From a virus, in IMG/VR virus record IMGVR_UViG_3300037423_002564: a stretch of 64,000 bases of DNA, one strand, 5' to 3'. The position numbers and the translations under genes were made by a program. Shown piece after piece: positions 10,068-19,363 of this stretch (positions within the stretch are counted from its first letter, which is position 1; the number at the start of each line of letters is the position of its first letter). The notes under the pieces were generated by a model that worked only from the letters and a program-made list of their open reading frames with translations, had not been told where the DNA came from and made no database searches.

Positions 10068-10077
10068 GGTCGGGCAT

Positions 10078-10525
10078 GGGGATGTCACGGTTTCGACCGG
10101 GCGTTGATGTGCGAGCCTACCGGCGGGAGCATGAGGACGTTCTCCCTGGGCCTCGGCCCTTTAAAGCAGCCTCGAACCGACAAATGCCAACACCGTTGAC
10201 AATGTCACCCCCGACAACCAGGCTGTGGGCCTGAACGCCCAGACCGAGGCTCTGAACCGCCTCGCTGGCTTCAACACCCCCGCTCTGGTCTAGGGACCAC
10301 TGCCGCCCCGGCCTCCTTGGGGCGAGCGGTCACTCAAGGGAGGTGCCGACGGGCAAGCCGTCCGACTGCCGGGGAAGTCCGGCTCGTTGGTCAGAGACCT
10401 GTGGGTGGTCGCTACGGCCGCCGGGCGACACCGTCTGCCTCCGCATGGGAATGACGGAATGACCGGTAAATAAAGGCTTTCAGGTCTATGTTCGGGACGC
10501 GGGTTCAATTCCCGCCATCTCCACC
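10078..10525 (+). ncRNA. ssrA: tmRNA (transfer-messenger RNA)
   Basis: 5' GGGGATGTCACGGTTTCGAC; 3' T-arm GCGGG-TTCAATT-CCCGC; acceptor CATCTCC-A-CC pairs with GGGGATG including G3-U (Ala identity). Tag frame 10186-10293. Confidence 0.93.
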
Positions 10526-10552
10526 TCACGTGACCCTGACAGGAGCCACGAG

Positions 10553-10593
10553 CACGAAACCCCCGGGGCCGCCATGCTCCCGGGGGTTTCGTG
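10553..10593. terminator. Hairpin terminator between convergent tmRNA and phoH
   Basis: 15-bp perfect stem CACGAAACCCCCGGG / CCCGGGGGTTTCGTG. Confidence 0.75.
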
Positions 10594-10596
10594 TGT

Positions 10597-11271
10597 CTAG
10601 TCCTGGTAGCAGGCGATGATGTCCTTGACGAGCTGCGATCGCACCACGTCCTCGCCGGAGAACTCGATGATGGCGATGTTGCCCCTGTTGGCGAAGCGGC
10701 CCACGTCGAAGTAGGCGCTCTGCTTGCTCGGCGGCAGGTCCACCTGGCTGGGGTCCATCGTCACGATCATCGTCGTGTTCTCGCCGGCGCGGGTGAGCGC
10801 GGTCTTGAGCTGGTCCGGGGTGGCGTTCTGCATCTCGTCGTAGATGCAGACCGTGTCGTGGTAGGTCTCGCCGCGCAGGAAGGTGGGGCTGACCACCTCG
10901 ATCACCTTGCGGTTGATGAACTCCGGCAGCTTGCCCGGCGGCAGGAAGAGGTTCAGCGCCTTCATCAGGGGCCGCATGTAGGGGTCCATCTTCTGCTTCT
11001 CGTCGCCGGGCAGGGCGCCGATCGACTCGCCGCTCTCCACGGGCGGGCGCGAGAGGATCACCTGGCGCGCGGTCTTGTTGTTGAGGCGCCGCGTGGCGTA
11101 CCAGGCGGCGATCATGGTCTTACCCGTGCCGGCGGGGCCGATCAGGAAGACGAGCTGGCACCGATCCAAGGCGGCCAGGGCGGCGCGCTGGGCGTCCGTG
11201 CGGGGGTGGAAGTCCCCCATGGCCGGCTCCGGCTTCGCCTTGGGGGACTTCTTCTGCTGGGGCTTGCTCAT
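10597..11271 (-). CDS. phoH: PhoH-family ATPase
   Basis: GPAGTGKT Walker A, LSRP, IGALPG, DPYMRP, FLRGET, DEMQN, LTRAGEN, SQVDL, DVVRS. Confidence 0.95.
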   Translation of the reverse strand: MSKPQQKKSPKAKPEPAMGDFHPRTDAQRAALAALDRCQLVFLIGPAGTGKTMIAAWYATRRLNNKTARQVILSRPPVESGESIGALPGDEKQKMDPYMRPLMKALNLFLPPGKLPEFINRKVIEVVSPTFLRGETYHDTVCIYDEMQNATPDQLKTALTRAGENTTMIVTMDPSQVDLPPSKQSAYFDVGRFANRGNIAIIEFSGEDVVRSQLVKDIIACYQD

Positions 11272-11280
11272 GACGCCTTC

Positions 11281-13311
11281 CTATGTGGGGGATCCGCCCT
11301 GCCTGCGGGGCGGCTTCTGCTCGGGCATGTTCTTCTCGACCTTGCCGCCGCCCGGGGGCTGCTGCGCCTGGCCGCCGCCGCCCAGGCCCATGACGCTGTC
11401 GATGCCGAAGTTTCGCGCGAGGGTCGCGAGGATCAGGCCCTGCACCGGGCTGTTCCGGGCGACCTGCTCCATCGTGGACTGCTGGTCCTGCGGGCTCATG
11501 GCGAGCAGCATCTGGATCTGCTTGCCGTAGGTCGTCTTGTCGGTGGCCGCCCGCGCCGACAGCTCGCGCCCGATGTCGGGGTTGGCCGCCCCGATCTGCT
11601 GGACCGCCATGGCCTGCTGGTTGGGGTCCTGGATGGTCTGCAAGCCCTGGAAGACCTGGTCGACCATGTTCGGGTCCACCGCGGGCATCGTGTTGAGCAG
11701 CTCGGGCGCCAGCACGTTCTGCAAGAGGGCCTGGATGACCATCATCTCGTTCGCGGCCTGGGCCTGGGCCTTGGCGTCGGCCACGGCCTGGCTGATGTTC
11801 TCCTGCGTGCGCTTCTTGCGCTCCTGGGCGTAGTCGAACTCGAACCACTCGCCCAGCTTCTCGCCGGAGACGGCCTGCATCTGCCAGAGCTGCAAGATGA
11901 GCTGCTTGGCCTGCACGTCGTCCGCCATCTTGAACTTGCGCAGGTCGCAGTCCACGTACTCCATCTTCGTGATCTGGCTGATGCGCCGCGTGATCCACTT
12001 GAAGCACTTGATGACCTGCTCGACCTGGTTCATGAGCGTGTTTTCGAGCATCCGCAAGGAAACGGAGCTACCCGTGTAGGTCAAGCCGCCGCGCAGGAAC
12101 TCCTGCGGCACGTTCAGGCCGTTGATGATGTTGGTCTCGACCATCTCCATCTCGGCGAACAGCATCAGCGCCTTGCCGTCGCCGCCCATGCGGCCCTCGC
12201 CGACGGGCACGGGCGTGAGCATGATGTAGAGCGGGTCCCGCTTCCAGCGCGCCACCTCGGACTCCATCTGGGAGCGCCAGTCGGCCAGGTCCATCGGGAT
12301 CGTGGTGCCGCTGCCGACGTCGGTGGCCGGGTACAGGTAGCGGAAGGGGATGATGTGCTCCAAGAGCAGCGCGAGCTGCGCGCGCTTCATCATGTTGATG
12401 TAGAAGATCTCGCGCAGCACGCTCACCGTGATGGGCATGCCCCAGGGGTTCTCGACGCCCGGGCTCGACGCGCTGTGGCGCGTGAGGTGGAAGATGCTGC
12501 CGCGGGTCAGCTTGACCTTCGGGTTGTCCTCCTTGCGGTTGTTCTTGTGCTCGCGGACGGCCTCGATGACGACCCAGGGGGTCTTCTCCAGCATCAAGGG
12601 GTTGCCCTTCTTGATCTTCTCCGCCTGCTCGTCGGGCACGTTGTAGTAGTACTCCTTGGAGCCGGAGTACGGGTCGAACTCGATGTCGATGTTGCCGGGG
12701 TGGAAGCGGATCAGGTTGATGCGCGTCGGGTCGGCCACGGGCTTGTCCTTGACGCGCGCGTAGCCCTTGAACTGGCACTTCCAGCACTTGATCTTGAAGG
12801 CCAGGCGCCCGGAGTCCCACTCCCACTTCACCTTGGTCATGATGTGGTTCTCGCGGCAGTCCTCGTTGCCGCAGATCAGCACGCGGTCGAACGGCGCGTA
12901 CACGCTCGCGAAGGCGTTGCCGTACAGGTAGAAGTCCATCGACAGGCCCACGGCGAAGCCCTTGGCCTGGAGGTGGGTCTCGTAAATTTCCTCCCAGCGG
13001 TCGATCACGCTCTCACGCTGCTTGTAGGCGTCCTTGTACTCCTTGGAGTCCTCGGGCTCGCGGATGATCGGGCTGAAGGTGAACTCCGTGATGGGGTACT
13101 CCGACAGCTTCTCGATGGCGCTGTTCACCACCGGGTTGGTCAGGAAGGTCTGGTAGCTGAACCGGAACAGCTCCTTGGTGGTGCTGGGCAGGTAGAAGCT
13201 CTCGATGTGGAAGAAGGGGCTCTGGCGCAGCATCGTCTGCTGAAGCGCGGCCGAACCACCTCCGATCATCTGGAGGTCGCCCATCGTGTCGTCCCACGGG
13301 TGGTTGAACAT
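11281..13311 (-). CDS. Putative portal protein with Cys-rich (zinc-ribbon-like) segment
   Basis: NPVVNSAIEKLSEYP, MDFYLYGNAF, IFHL..PWGMP, IINGLNVPQEFL resemble portal motifs; CGNEDC...CWKC segment; Q-rich C-terminus. Confidence 0.7.
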   Translation of the reverse strand: MFNHPWDDTMGDLQMIGGGSAALQQTMLRQSPFFHIESFYLPSTTKELFRFSYQTFLTNPVVNSAIEKLSEYPITEFTFSPIIREPEDSKEYKDAYKQRESVIDRWEEIYETHLQAKGFAVGLSMDFYLYGNAFASVYAPFDRVLICGNEDCRENHIMTKVKWEWDSGRLAFKIKCWKCQFKGYARVKDKPVADPTRINLIRFHPGNIDIEFDPYSGSKEYYYNVPDEQAEKIKKGNPLMLEKTPWVVIEAVREHKNNRKEDNPKVKLTRGSIFHLTRHSASSPGVENPWGMPITVSVLREIFYINMMKRAQLALLLEHIIPFRYLYPATDVGSGTTIPMDLADWRSQMESEVARWKRDPLYIMLTPVPVGEGRMGGDGKALMLFAEMEMVETNIINGLNVPQEFLRGGLTYTGSSVSLRMLENTLMNQVEQVIKCFKWITRRISQITKMEYVDCDLRKFKMADDVQAKQLILQLWQMQAVSGEKLGEWFEFDYAQERKKRTQENISQAVADAKAQAQAANEMMVIQALLQNVLAPELLNTMPAVDPNMVDQVFQGLQTIQDPNQQAMAVQQIGAANPDIGRELSARAATDKTTYGKQIQMLLAMSPQDQQSTMEQVARNSPVQGLILATLARNFGIDSVMGLGGGGQAQQPPGGGKVEKNMPEQKPPRRQGGSPT

Positions 13312-13314
13312 CGC

Positions 13315-14055
13315 CTACACCTTCTTCAGTTCGTCGTGGAGCTGCTGGTGGCGCGCGTTGACGTAGGCCATCACCTCCGCGATGCGGTCGCGCTGCACCG
13401 CCGTCTCCGCATCGGTTGCGCCCGCGGCGTGCCGGCGGGCCACCGCCTGGCCGTAGTCGCTCGTCAGGACCGAGAGCCCGTCCGCGGCGAAGGCGAGGGG
13501 AGCGGGAGCCACCACGAAGCCCGCATCGTGCAGCAGGCCAGCGATGTAGGCCGCCACTTCGTGACCCCAGGGGGTAGCTTCGTCGATGTATCGCATCGCG
13601 TCCGCGGCCCAGGCCAGCTCCGGCACGGAGAGATCCTGGGTGTGGTCGAAACGCAGCTCGCGGTCGTTCAGGGCGACGGCGACCTTCTCGAAGACGTGCC
13701 AGTGCTCGAACGGCGCGGTGTCGTAGAGCACGATCTGCGCGGCCTTGAGCTTGGCGACCTCCTCGTGGCTGAAGCCCAGGTCCACGAGCGCCTCGACGTC
13801 GTAGTCCACGAAGTCGGCGCCGACCTGCCGCTCGGCCAGGATGGCGAGCGTGATCGCCGCGCGCGGCCGGGCTGCCTCCTTGACCGGGGGGTCCAGGGCC
13901 TTGAGGCCATGCACCAGGAGCTTCGCGCCCACGCGCTCGACCGCCTGCCGAGGCGTGGCGCTCTCGGTGGCGTCGGCAAGCGACTTCAAGGTCGAGACGA
14001 CGGTGCGGACATGGGCCTCGCGCTCGTCGTCATGCGTGGGCACGACGGGGTCCAT
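13315..14055 (-). CDS. Hypothetical protein (head module)
   Basis: Tightly packed ORF upstream of the portal with phage-like codon usage. Confidence 0.7.
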   Translation of the reverse strand: MDPVVPTHDDEREAHVRTVVSTLKSLADATESATPRQAVERVGAKLLVHGLKALDPPVKEAARPRAAITLAILAERQVGADFVDYDVEALVDLGFSHEEVAKLKAAQIVLYDTAPFEHWHVFEKVAVALNDRELRFDHTQDLSVPELAWAADAMRYIDEATPWGHEVAAYIAGLLHDAGFVVAPAPLAFAADGLSVLTSDYGQAVARRHAAGATDAETAVQRDRIAEVMAYVNARHQQLHDELKKV

Positions 14056-15135
14056 CTAGTAGCCCCGGAGCTGCTCGACGAGGATCTGCTGGGAGCGCTC
14101 GGGCAGGGCCTCCACGATCGAGGCCAGCTTCGGCATGTCGCCCAGCGCCGTGAGGGCCTCGGGCGCCAGGTCGCGCCAGACCTCGGCCTTGATCTTGGTG
14201 GCGAGCTGGTGGGTGTCGAGGAACTGGCCGGCGCACTTGGCGAGCGGCAGCGGGGTGTCGTCCTCGATCTCCCGGTTCATCGCCCCGGGCGGCGTGAACA
14301 GCTCGTCGCCCTCGAAGCCCGCGGCCTTGTCCAGGCGCGCGAACAGGTCCCAGAACTTCGCGTCCGGCTCCCCGTAGGCCATCTTGCGCAGCTCGGCGTA
14401 GGCGCCGACCAGGCGCACGTCGTAGGTCTTGAACTCCGGCGGGGGCTCGGTGCCGGCCTGGGCCGCCGCCTTGCGCGCCGGCTCCCAGCGGGCCGCCTCG
14501 GAGTTGGTGTGCTCGATGCGGTCGATGCGCTGCTGGATGTGGGTGAGCAGGTGCGAGCGCTTGGTGGGCGCCAGCTCCTCCTCCAGCAGCTCCGTGTAGC
14601 CCAGGCCGTACTCGGCGGCCTTGTCGAGGAGCTGACGGGCCACCTTGGCGCGCATGGGGGCCAGCTCGCCCACCAGGTTGCGCGGGAACCAGGCGATCGA
14701 GTCGCGCACCTGCTCGCGGGTGGCGGTCGGGTAGAGGCGCGTGACCTCGTCGCCGGCCTGCTTGACCACCAGGTAGTCGGTGTCGACGGGCTCGGCCGCG
14801 GCCTGCTTGGCGAGCGGGTTCTCGACCGCGATGCCGTGCATCTCGCAGCCGGCGCGGATCGCCTCCCAGATGTCGTCCCGCTTGTTGAACGGGATCTCGC
14901 TCGCTTGCTTCTGGAAGTAGCGCGCCGAGAGCCAGGCGTCGGCCGGCGTGTCGACGCTGAAGCGCTGCATGTCGTTCCACGCCCACAGCGTGCGCTCGCC
15001 GCGCATCGCCTCGGAGGGGATGGCGGCGCTCTTCACGACGAACTCCGGCAGCTCCCCGGTGGCGTGCGCCTCCTTCAGTACCTCGCGCAGCACGACGCCA
15101 CTGGAGTCGTCGAAGTAGTCGAAGATCTTGTTCAT
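14056..15135 (-). CDS. Hypothetical head-module protein rich in K-x-A motifs
   Basis: ATG 15135 (MNKIFDYFDD) with GGAGGAG RBS; 12 of 19 Lys are in K-x-A. Confidence 0.7.
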   Translation of the reverse strand: MNKIFDYFDDSSGVVLREVLKEAHATGELPEFVVKSAAIPSEAMRGERTLWAWNDMQRFSVDTPADAWLSARYFQKQASEIPFNKRDDIWEAIRAGCEMHGIAVENPLAKQAAAEPVDTDYLVVKQAGDEVTRLYPTATREQVRDSIAWFPRNLVGELAPMRAKVARQLLDKAAEYGLGYTELLEEELAPTKRSHLLTHIQQRIDRIEHTNSEAARWEPARKAAAQAGTEPPPEFKTYDVRLVGAYAELRKMAYGEPDAKFWDLFARLDKAAGFEGDELFTPPGAMNREIEDDTPLPLAKCAGQFLDTHQLATKIKAEVWRDLAPEALTALGDMPKLASIVEALPERSQQILVEQLRGY

Positions 15136-15181
15136 GCAGTGCTCCTCCACCCCTATTATAGGGTCCTTCGGTAGATTGGTA

Positions 15182-15598
15182 CTACCAGCCGACGAGACCA
15201 ACCGCCTGGCGCAGCGCCAGCAGCGTGACCTTGTCCTTGACGTAGCAGGTGGTGGTGATCGAGGACTCGCCCTGGGCGTTGTGCATCGCGTTCTCGATCA
15301 CGATGTAGTTGAAGCCCGTCACCGTGCGCTCGCACACCGTGCCGTCCTTGTAGCGCGACTTGGGGCCGTCGACGTACTTGCCGTCGGTCTCGAACTTCAA
15401 GGTCTTGAAGCACTTGGCGTTGCCGATGGTGAGCGTCTTCTCGCCATCGCGCTTGCTCTTGCCCATGTTGGGGTCGTGCTCGACGCCCAGGGCGAACTGG
15501 GTGCTCTTGGTGATGTGAGGCAATACCTCCGCCACCAGGTCCTGCACCCACTCGGGCACCTGGACGGTCTCGTTCTTGCTCATCTTGATGGGTTCCAC
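15182..15598 (-). CDS. Hypothetical protein
   Basis: ORF with AGGAGG RBS. Confidence 0.65.
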   Translation of the reverse strand: MEPIKMSKNETVQVPEWVQDLVAEVLPHITKSTQFALGVEHDPNMGKSKRDGEKTLTIGNAKCFKTLKFETDGKYVDGPKSRYKDGTVCERTVTGFNYIVIENAMHNAQGESSITTTCYVKDKVTLLALRQAVGLVGW

Positions 15599-15607
15599 GG
15601 ATCCTCC

Positions 15608-17086
15608 TTATGTGCCCCAGGACGCCAGTCCCGGGATACCGAACGTGCTGCCGAACTTCCTGATGGACGCCACGGTCTCGTTCACGTCCACCGCCCCCGC
15701 GCAGAGGAAGAAGGCCAGCACGCACTGGTCCTCTTCCACCAAGGGGGCGTTGGGCGCGAACTCCGACAGGCCCTGCGAAAGGGCCCAACCAAGCTGGTGA
15801 ATGCCGCCGAGCGCGGGCGGGATGATCATGGTCGCCATCTCCATCTCGCCCAGCTCCGCGAGCGTGCCCTCGACCGCCTCGTCCACCTGGTCGGTGACGT
15901 CCGCCACCGCATCGAGCGTGCCCGAGACCAGGTCGCCCACGCCGTCGAGCCCGGCCGTGACGATGTTGCCCCCGTCGCGGGCGATGTTGCCCAGGTTGTC
16001 GAGCACGTTGACGGCCATGCGCGCCACCCCGGTGGCGCCCGGGACCACGGCGTTGACGGCCGTGCCCACGGAGAGCGCCTTCCACGAGTTGAAGACGTCC
16101 GTGCCGGCGAGGTCCGTCACGCGGTCGAGCACGTCGGTCTCGTGGATCACGATCTGGCCCGCGGTGCGCGGCGCCTTGCGTCCGGTGGTGTCGAGCACCT
16201 TGACCGGCAGCGCGCCCACGGCGAAGTTGCTGAAGAGCCAGTCCTCTTCGAGCACCACGCAGGTCAGCATGTGCTCGTCCACCCAGACGGTGTCGCGGAA
16301 GGCCGTGCCGCCCACCTCCAGCACGTCGCTGTCACGGAAGCCGCTGCCACGCACGGTCAGGTTGATCTGCTTGCCGTAGACCACCTCGTCGGGGCTCACG
16401 GAGAGCGCCTGGTTCGGGTCGTCCAGCAAGGAGAGCGGGAAGCCCTTGTCGGCGAGCTTGGCGATCGCGCTGTTGGAGAGCACGTTCATGAACTCGCGCT
16501 GCTCGTTGTCCCACAGCGCGGGCACCTTCTTGCCCATGTCGTAGATCTTGCCGGCGAAGTCGTTGAGCGCCGGGCTCTCCGTCACCATCTGCTGCATGGC
16601 CTGGCGCGTGAGGTCCGGCTTGCCGCCCAGGAGCCAGCTCAAGGTCATCGCGACCGCGAGCACTTGCATCCGGCCGCCGGCCACCATGAAGACCACGCCG
16701 CCGGCGTACATGTTGTCGGAGAACAGGGGCCGGTTGGGATCGCCGGAGTTGAGCGCGTGGATCAGGTTGTCGCGCAGCACCGGGAAGCCGCCGAACTCGG
16801 GCAGCGGCATGTAGGCATGCACGCCGGTGGTCCAGGTGTCCTCGACGAAGCCCGCCGCCGCGTCCGTGAGGTTCTGGATCGGCGTGGTGGTCTCGGCGAT
16901 GCGCTCGGTGTACCAGGTCTTCAGCCGGTTGGTGACGTCCTCGCTCTTGGTGGCCGCGGCGCGCACGGGCGCCAGGAAGTCGCGCGTGGCGTTGCCCGCG
17001 CCGTGGACGAGGTCCATGAAGGTCGTGTTCTGCGCGAACTGCCAGGCTTGGAAGTCCGCGGAGAGCCAGACGGGAGGCAGCGCCAT
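15608..17086 (-). CDS. Putative structural protein with IPT/TIG-like Ig domain
   Basis: ATG 17086 (MALPPVW) overlaps the upstream stop; LSVSP..INLTVRGSGF..LEVGG..WVD..LTC is IPT/TIG-like. Confidence 0.55.
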   Translation of the reverse strand: MALPPVWLSADFQAWQFAQNTTFMDLVHGAGNATRDFLAPVRAAATKSEDVTNRLKTWYTERIAETTTPIQNLTDAAAGFVEDTWTTGVHAYMPLPEFGGFPVLRDNLIHALNSGDPNRPLFSDNMYAGGVVFMVAGGRMQVLAVAMTLSWLLGGKPDLTRQAMQQMVTESPALNDFAGKIYDMGKKVPALWDNEQREFMNVLSNSAIAKLADKGFPLSLLDDPNQALSVSPDEVVYGKQINLTVRGSGFRDSDVLEVGGTAFRDTVWVDEHMLTCVVLEEDWLFSNFAVGALPVKVLDTTGRKAPRTAGQIVIHETDVLDRVTDLAGTDVFNSWKALSVGTAVNAVVPGATGVARMAVNVLDNLGNIARDGGNIVTAGLDGVGDLVSGTLDAVADVTDQVDEAVEGTLAELGEMEMATMIIPPALGGIHQLGWALSQGLSEFAPNAPLVEEDQCVLAFFLCAGAVDVNETVASIRKFGSTFGIPGLASWGT

Positions 17087-17640
17087 CAGAACACCGCCGC
17101 GGTGCTGGGCCCGCTGGTGGTCCTCGTCAGCGTGGAGCTGTCGGGCTGGGTGTCGGTGGCCGTGTGGGTGTGGCCGTTGTGGGCGGTCTGGAGGGCGGCG
17201 ACGTGCGCCTCCAGGAGCGCGAGGCGGGTCTCGACCTCGCCCAGGGACGTGTCGTGAAGCGCCTGCGTCCAACCGTGGAACTGCTCGACCAGGTCGAGGA
17301 AGCTCGCGGTCTCCGTGCGGTCGCTGCCGCCGGCCTTGGCCTTGTCCATCAAGCTGGTGAGCGCCTGGTAGAGCGTGTTGTCGTGGATGAAGGTGAACAC
17401 GGTGCCCGTGGCCGGCAGGTCCGCGTCGGCGGTGTAGGTGAAGCTCGCCCCGTTGAAGCTGTACCGGTCCGCCTCGACCACGGTGTCCCCCAGCCGCACG
17501 ATCAGCTTGGCGAGGTCGGGCGGGGCCACGGTCAGCGCGAAGGCGATCGTGCCGCCGGCGCCCGCGGCCGTGCGCTCGTCCGCGGCCACCGTGTGCTTCT
17601 GGATGCCGACCTTCTGGTCGAAAAGCGTCTGGACGTTCAC
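17086..17640 (-). CDS. Putative structural protein
   Basis: Operonic ORF; C-terminal HNGHTH...TSGP resembles spike/needle His motifs. Confidence 0.55.
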   Translation of the reverse strand: MNVQTLFDQKVGIQKHTVAADERTAAGAGGTIAFALTVAPPDLAKLIVRLGDTVVEADRYSFNGASFTYTADADLPATGTVFTFIHDNTLYQALTSLMDKAKAGGSDRTETASFLDLVEQFHGWTQALHDTSLGEVETRLALLEAHVAALQTAHNGHTHTATDTQPDSSTLTRTTSGPSTAAVF

Positions 17641-17642
17641 GC

Positions 17643-18962
17643 CTAGCCCCCCGTGATGAACTTCAGGATGGCGGTGGTGGCCGGGTCCTCGCTGACGAGC
17701 ACCGTGACGTCCACGCCGATGTCCATGCCGCCGGCCGTGTCCTTGAGCCCGCCGTCCGCCGTCAGGGTCGCGCCCATCTGGTCGCCCAGGCTGCCCACCG
17801 GCCCGTCAAAGCGGTAGATCAGGATCTCGCCCAGCTCGAAGAAGCCGGAGACGTGGACGCTGAAGGCTAGGAAGCTGTCGACCATGTGCTGGAAGCGCGC
17901 GAGCATCTTGTCGATGTCGCGGGCCCACTTGTCCCACTGCTCGATCATCAGCTCGATGGCGCGCTTGCGGTCCAGCGCCCGGCCGACGGTCTCGATGATG
18001 AGGTTCTGGAAGTCGGTCAGCGGCTGCTCCAGCCCCGCGATGAAGCCGCCCAGCATCCCCAGGAACGGGAAGCTGACGTCGATGGCCTCGCGGCCCAAGA
18101 ACGTGATGTTCGCGCTGCCCGGCACCGGCACGGGCGGGTTGGCCGGCGGCGGCGGCGGCACCGGGTCGGCCACCACCGTGGGCGCCGTGTAGGTCTTCTT
18201 GTCGCTCTTTACGGTCGTGGGGCCCATCTTCACGACCGCCACGTAGTCCTTGCCGTCCACGAAGCCGCTTTGGTGCAGGGCCAGGGTGTGGCTGGTGCCG
18301 GTCTCGTTCTTGACCTCCAGCGTGTCCACCTGCTCGTGGGTGGTGGCGTCCTCGATCCAGATCTCGTAGGTCGTCTCCGTGACGCCCACGCTGTTGGTCC
18401 AGCCCACCACCTGTTTCTCGCCGGCCAGCTCCAGGGTGACGGCCGTCAGCGTGTTCGCCGGCACCGGGGGGTCCTCGGGCAGGGGCGGCACCGCGGGCGC
18501 GGGCCCGAACAGGTCGTTGAGGCCGCCGGCCGCGGCCGTGCCGTGGGCCACGAAGAAGACCGCGTAGACCGTCTGGCCGGGGCCGGCGTTGCCGGTGGGG
18601 ATGCCGCCCGCGAAGTAGCCCTTGAACGCGGCGGCCATCTGGCCCACGGTCCCCGTGTAGTGGTACTTCGAGATGGCCGCGTCCACCGCCAGGCCCTTGA
18701 ACAGCAAGATGAAGCCCGCGAGGCCCTGGAAGATGGCCTTGATGACGTCGACCACCAGTTCCACCAGGGCGGCCAGCGCCAGGAACGGCAGCATGAAGAC
18801 GAACAGGATGATCTTCTGGGCCAGGGCGATCGCGTCGAAGATCAGCGTGAGCGGGCGCAAGAGGCCGATGATGGGGGCGATGATCTTGCCCACGCCCAGC
18901 ACGGCCTTGATCTCCGGGAGGGCGGCGCCGATGGTGCCTCGAAACTTGAAGGTGAAGCTCAT
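17643..18962 (-). CDS. Putative structural protein; hydrophobic N-terminus and Pro-linked beta domain
   Basis: Operonic ORF; Pro-rich linkers flank a beta-rich central domain. Confidence 0.55.
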   Translation of the reverse strand: MSFTFKFRGTIGAALPEIKAVLGVGKIIAPIIGLLRPLTLIFDAIALAQKIILFVFMLPFLALAALVELVVDVIKAIFQGLAGFILLFKGLAVDAAISKYHYTGTVGQMAAAFKGYFAGGIPTGNAGPGQTVYAVFFVAHGTAAAGGLNDLFGPAPAVPPLPEDPPVPANTLTAVTLELAGEKQVVGWTNSVGVTETTYEIWIEDATTHEQVDTLEVKNETGTSHTLALHQSGFVDGKDYVAVVKMGPTTVKSDKKTYTAPTVVADPVPPPPPANPPVPVPGSANITFLGREAIDVSFPFLGMLGGFIAGLEQPLTDFQNLIIETVGRALDRKRAIELMIEQWDKWARDIDKMLARFQHMVDSFLAFSVHVSGFFELGEILIYRFDGPVGSLGDQMGATLTADGGLKDTAGGMDIGVDVTVLVSEDPATTAILKFITGG

Positions 18963-18969
18963 GGCGGTC

Positions 18970-19353
18970 CTACAGGAAGGGCGGCGGCGGGGGCGGGTTG
19001 AGCGGCGGCGGCGCGACCGGGAAGATGCCGGCGTGGCCGTGGGTGTTGAACGCGAAGTCGATGTGGCCGGCCACGGTGCCCAGCACGCAGCCGACGTAGC
19101 CCTCGATCACCGCGGCCAGGTGGTTGGCGAACTCCTCGGCCGTCTTGCCGTCGTTGCTCTTGGCGACCTCCACGAGCTGCTGGCGCAGCACCAGGCCCGG
19201 CGTGACGATGGCGACCGGCGTGTTGAAGGCCGCGAGCACCAAGGCGGACGTCGCGGTCGCGCGCGCGGCGGCGTCCGCGGTCAGCGGGTTGATCACCGGC
19301 GGCGTGGGCACCTTGCAGAGGCGGGCGACGGTCAGGGTAGCGGTAGACGGCAT
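18970..19353 (-). CDS. Hypothetical protein
   Basis: Operonic ORF with AGGAG RBS; THGH motif and poly-Pro tail. Confidence 0.6.
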   Translation of the reverse strand: MPSTATLTVARLCKVPTPPVINPLTADAAARATATSALVLAAFNTPVAIVTPGLVLRQQLVEVAKSNDGKTAEEFANHLAAVIEGYVGCVLGTVAGHIDFAFNTHGHAGIFPVAPPPLNPPPPPPFL

Positions 19354-19363
19354 CTCGGGGCTC

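Noticed and set aside
10591-15174. 1527-aa + strand ORF, and similar long ORFs at 4873-8505 (-), 28482-31052 (-), 6954-9500 (+) and 290-1576 (+)
   Set aside because: Antisense or off-frame shadows of real genes in high-GC DNA; no motifs, and they overlap recognisable genes.
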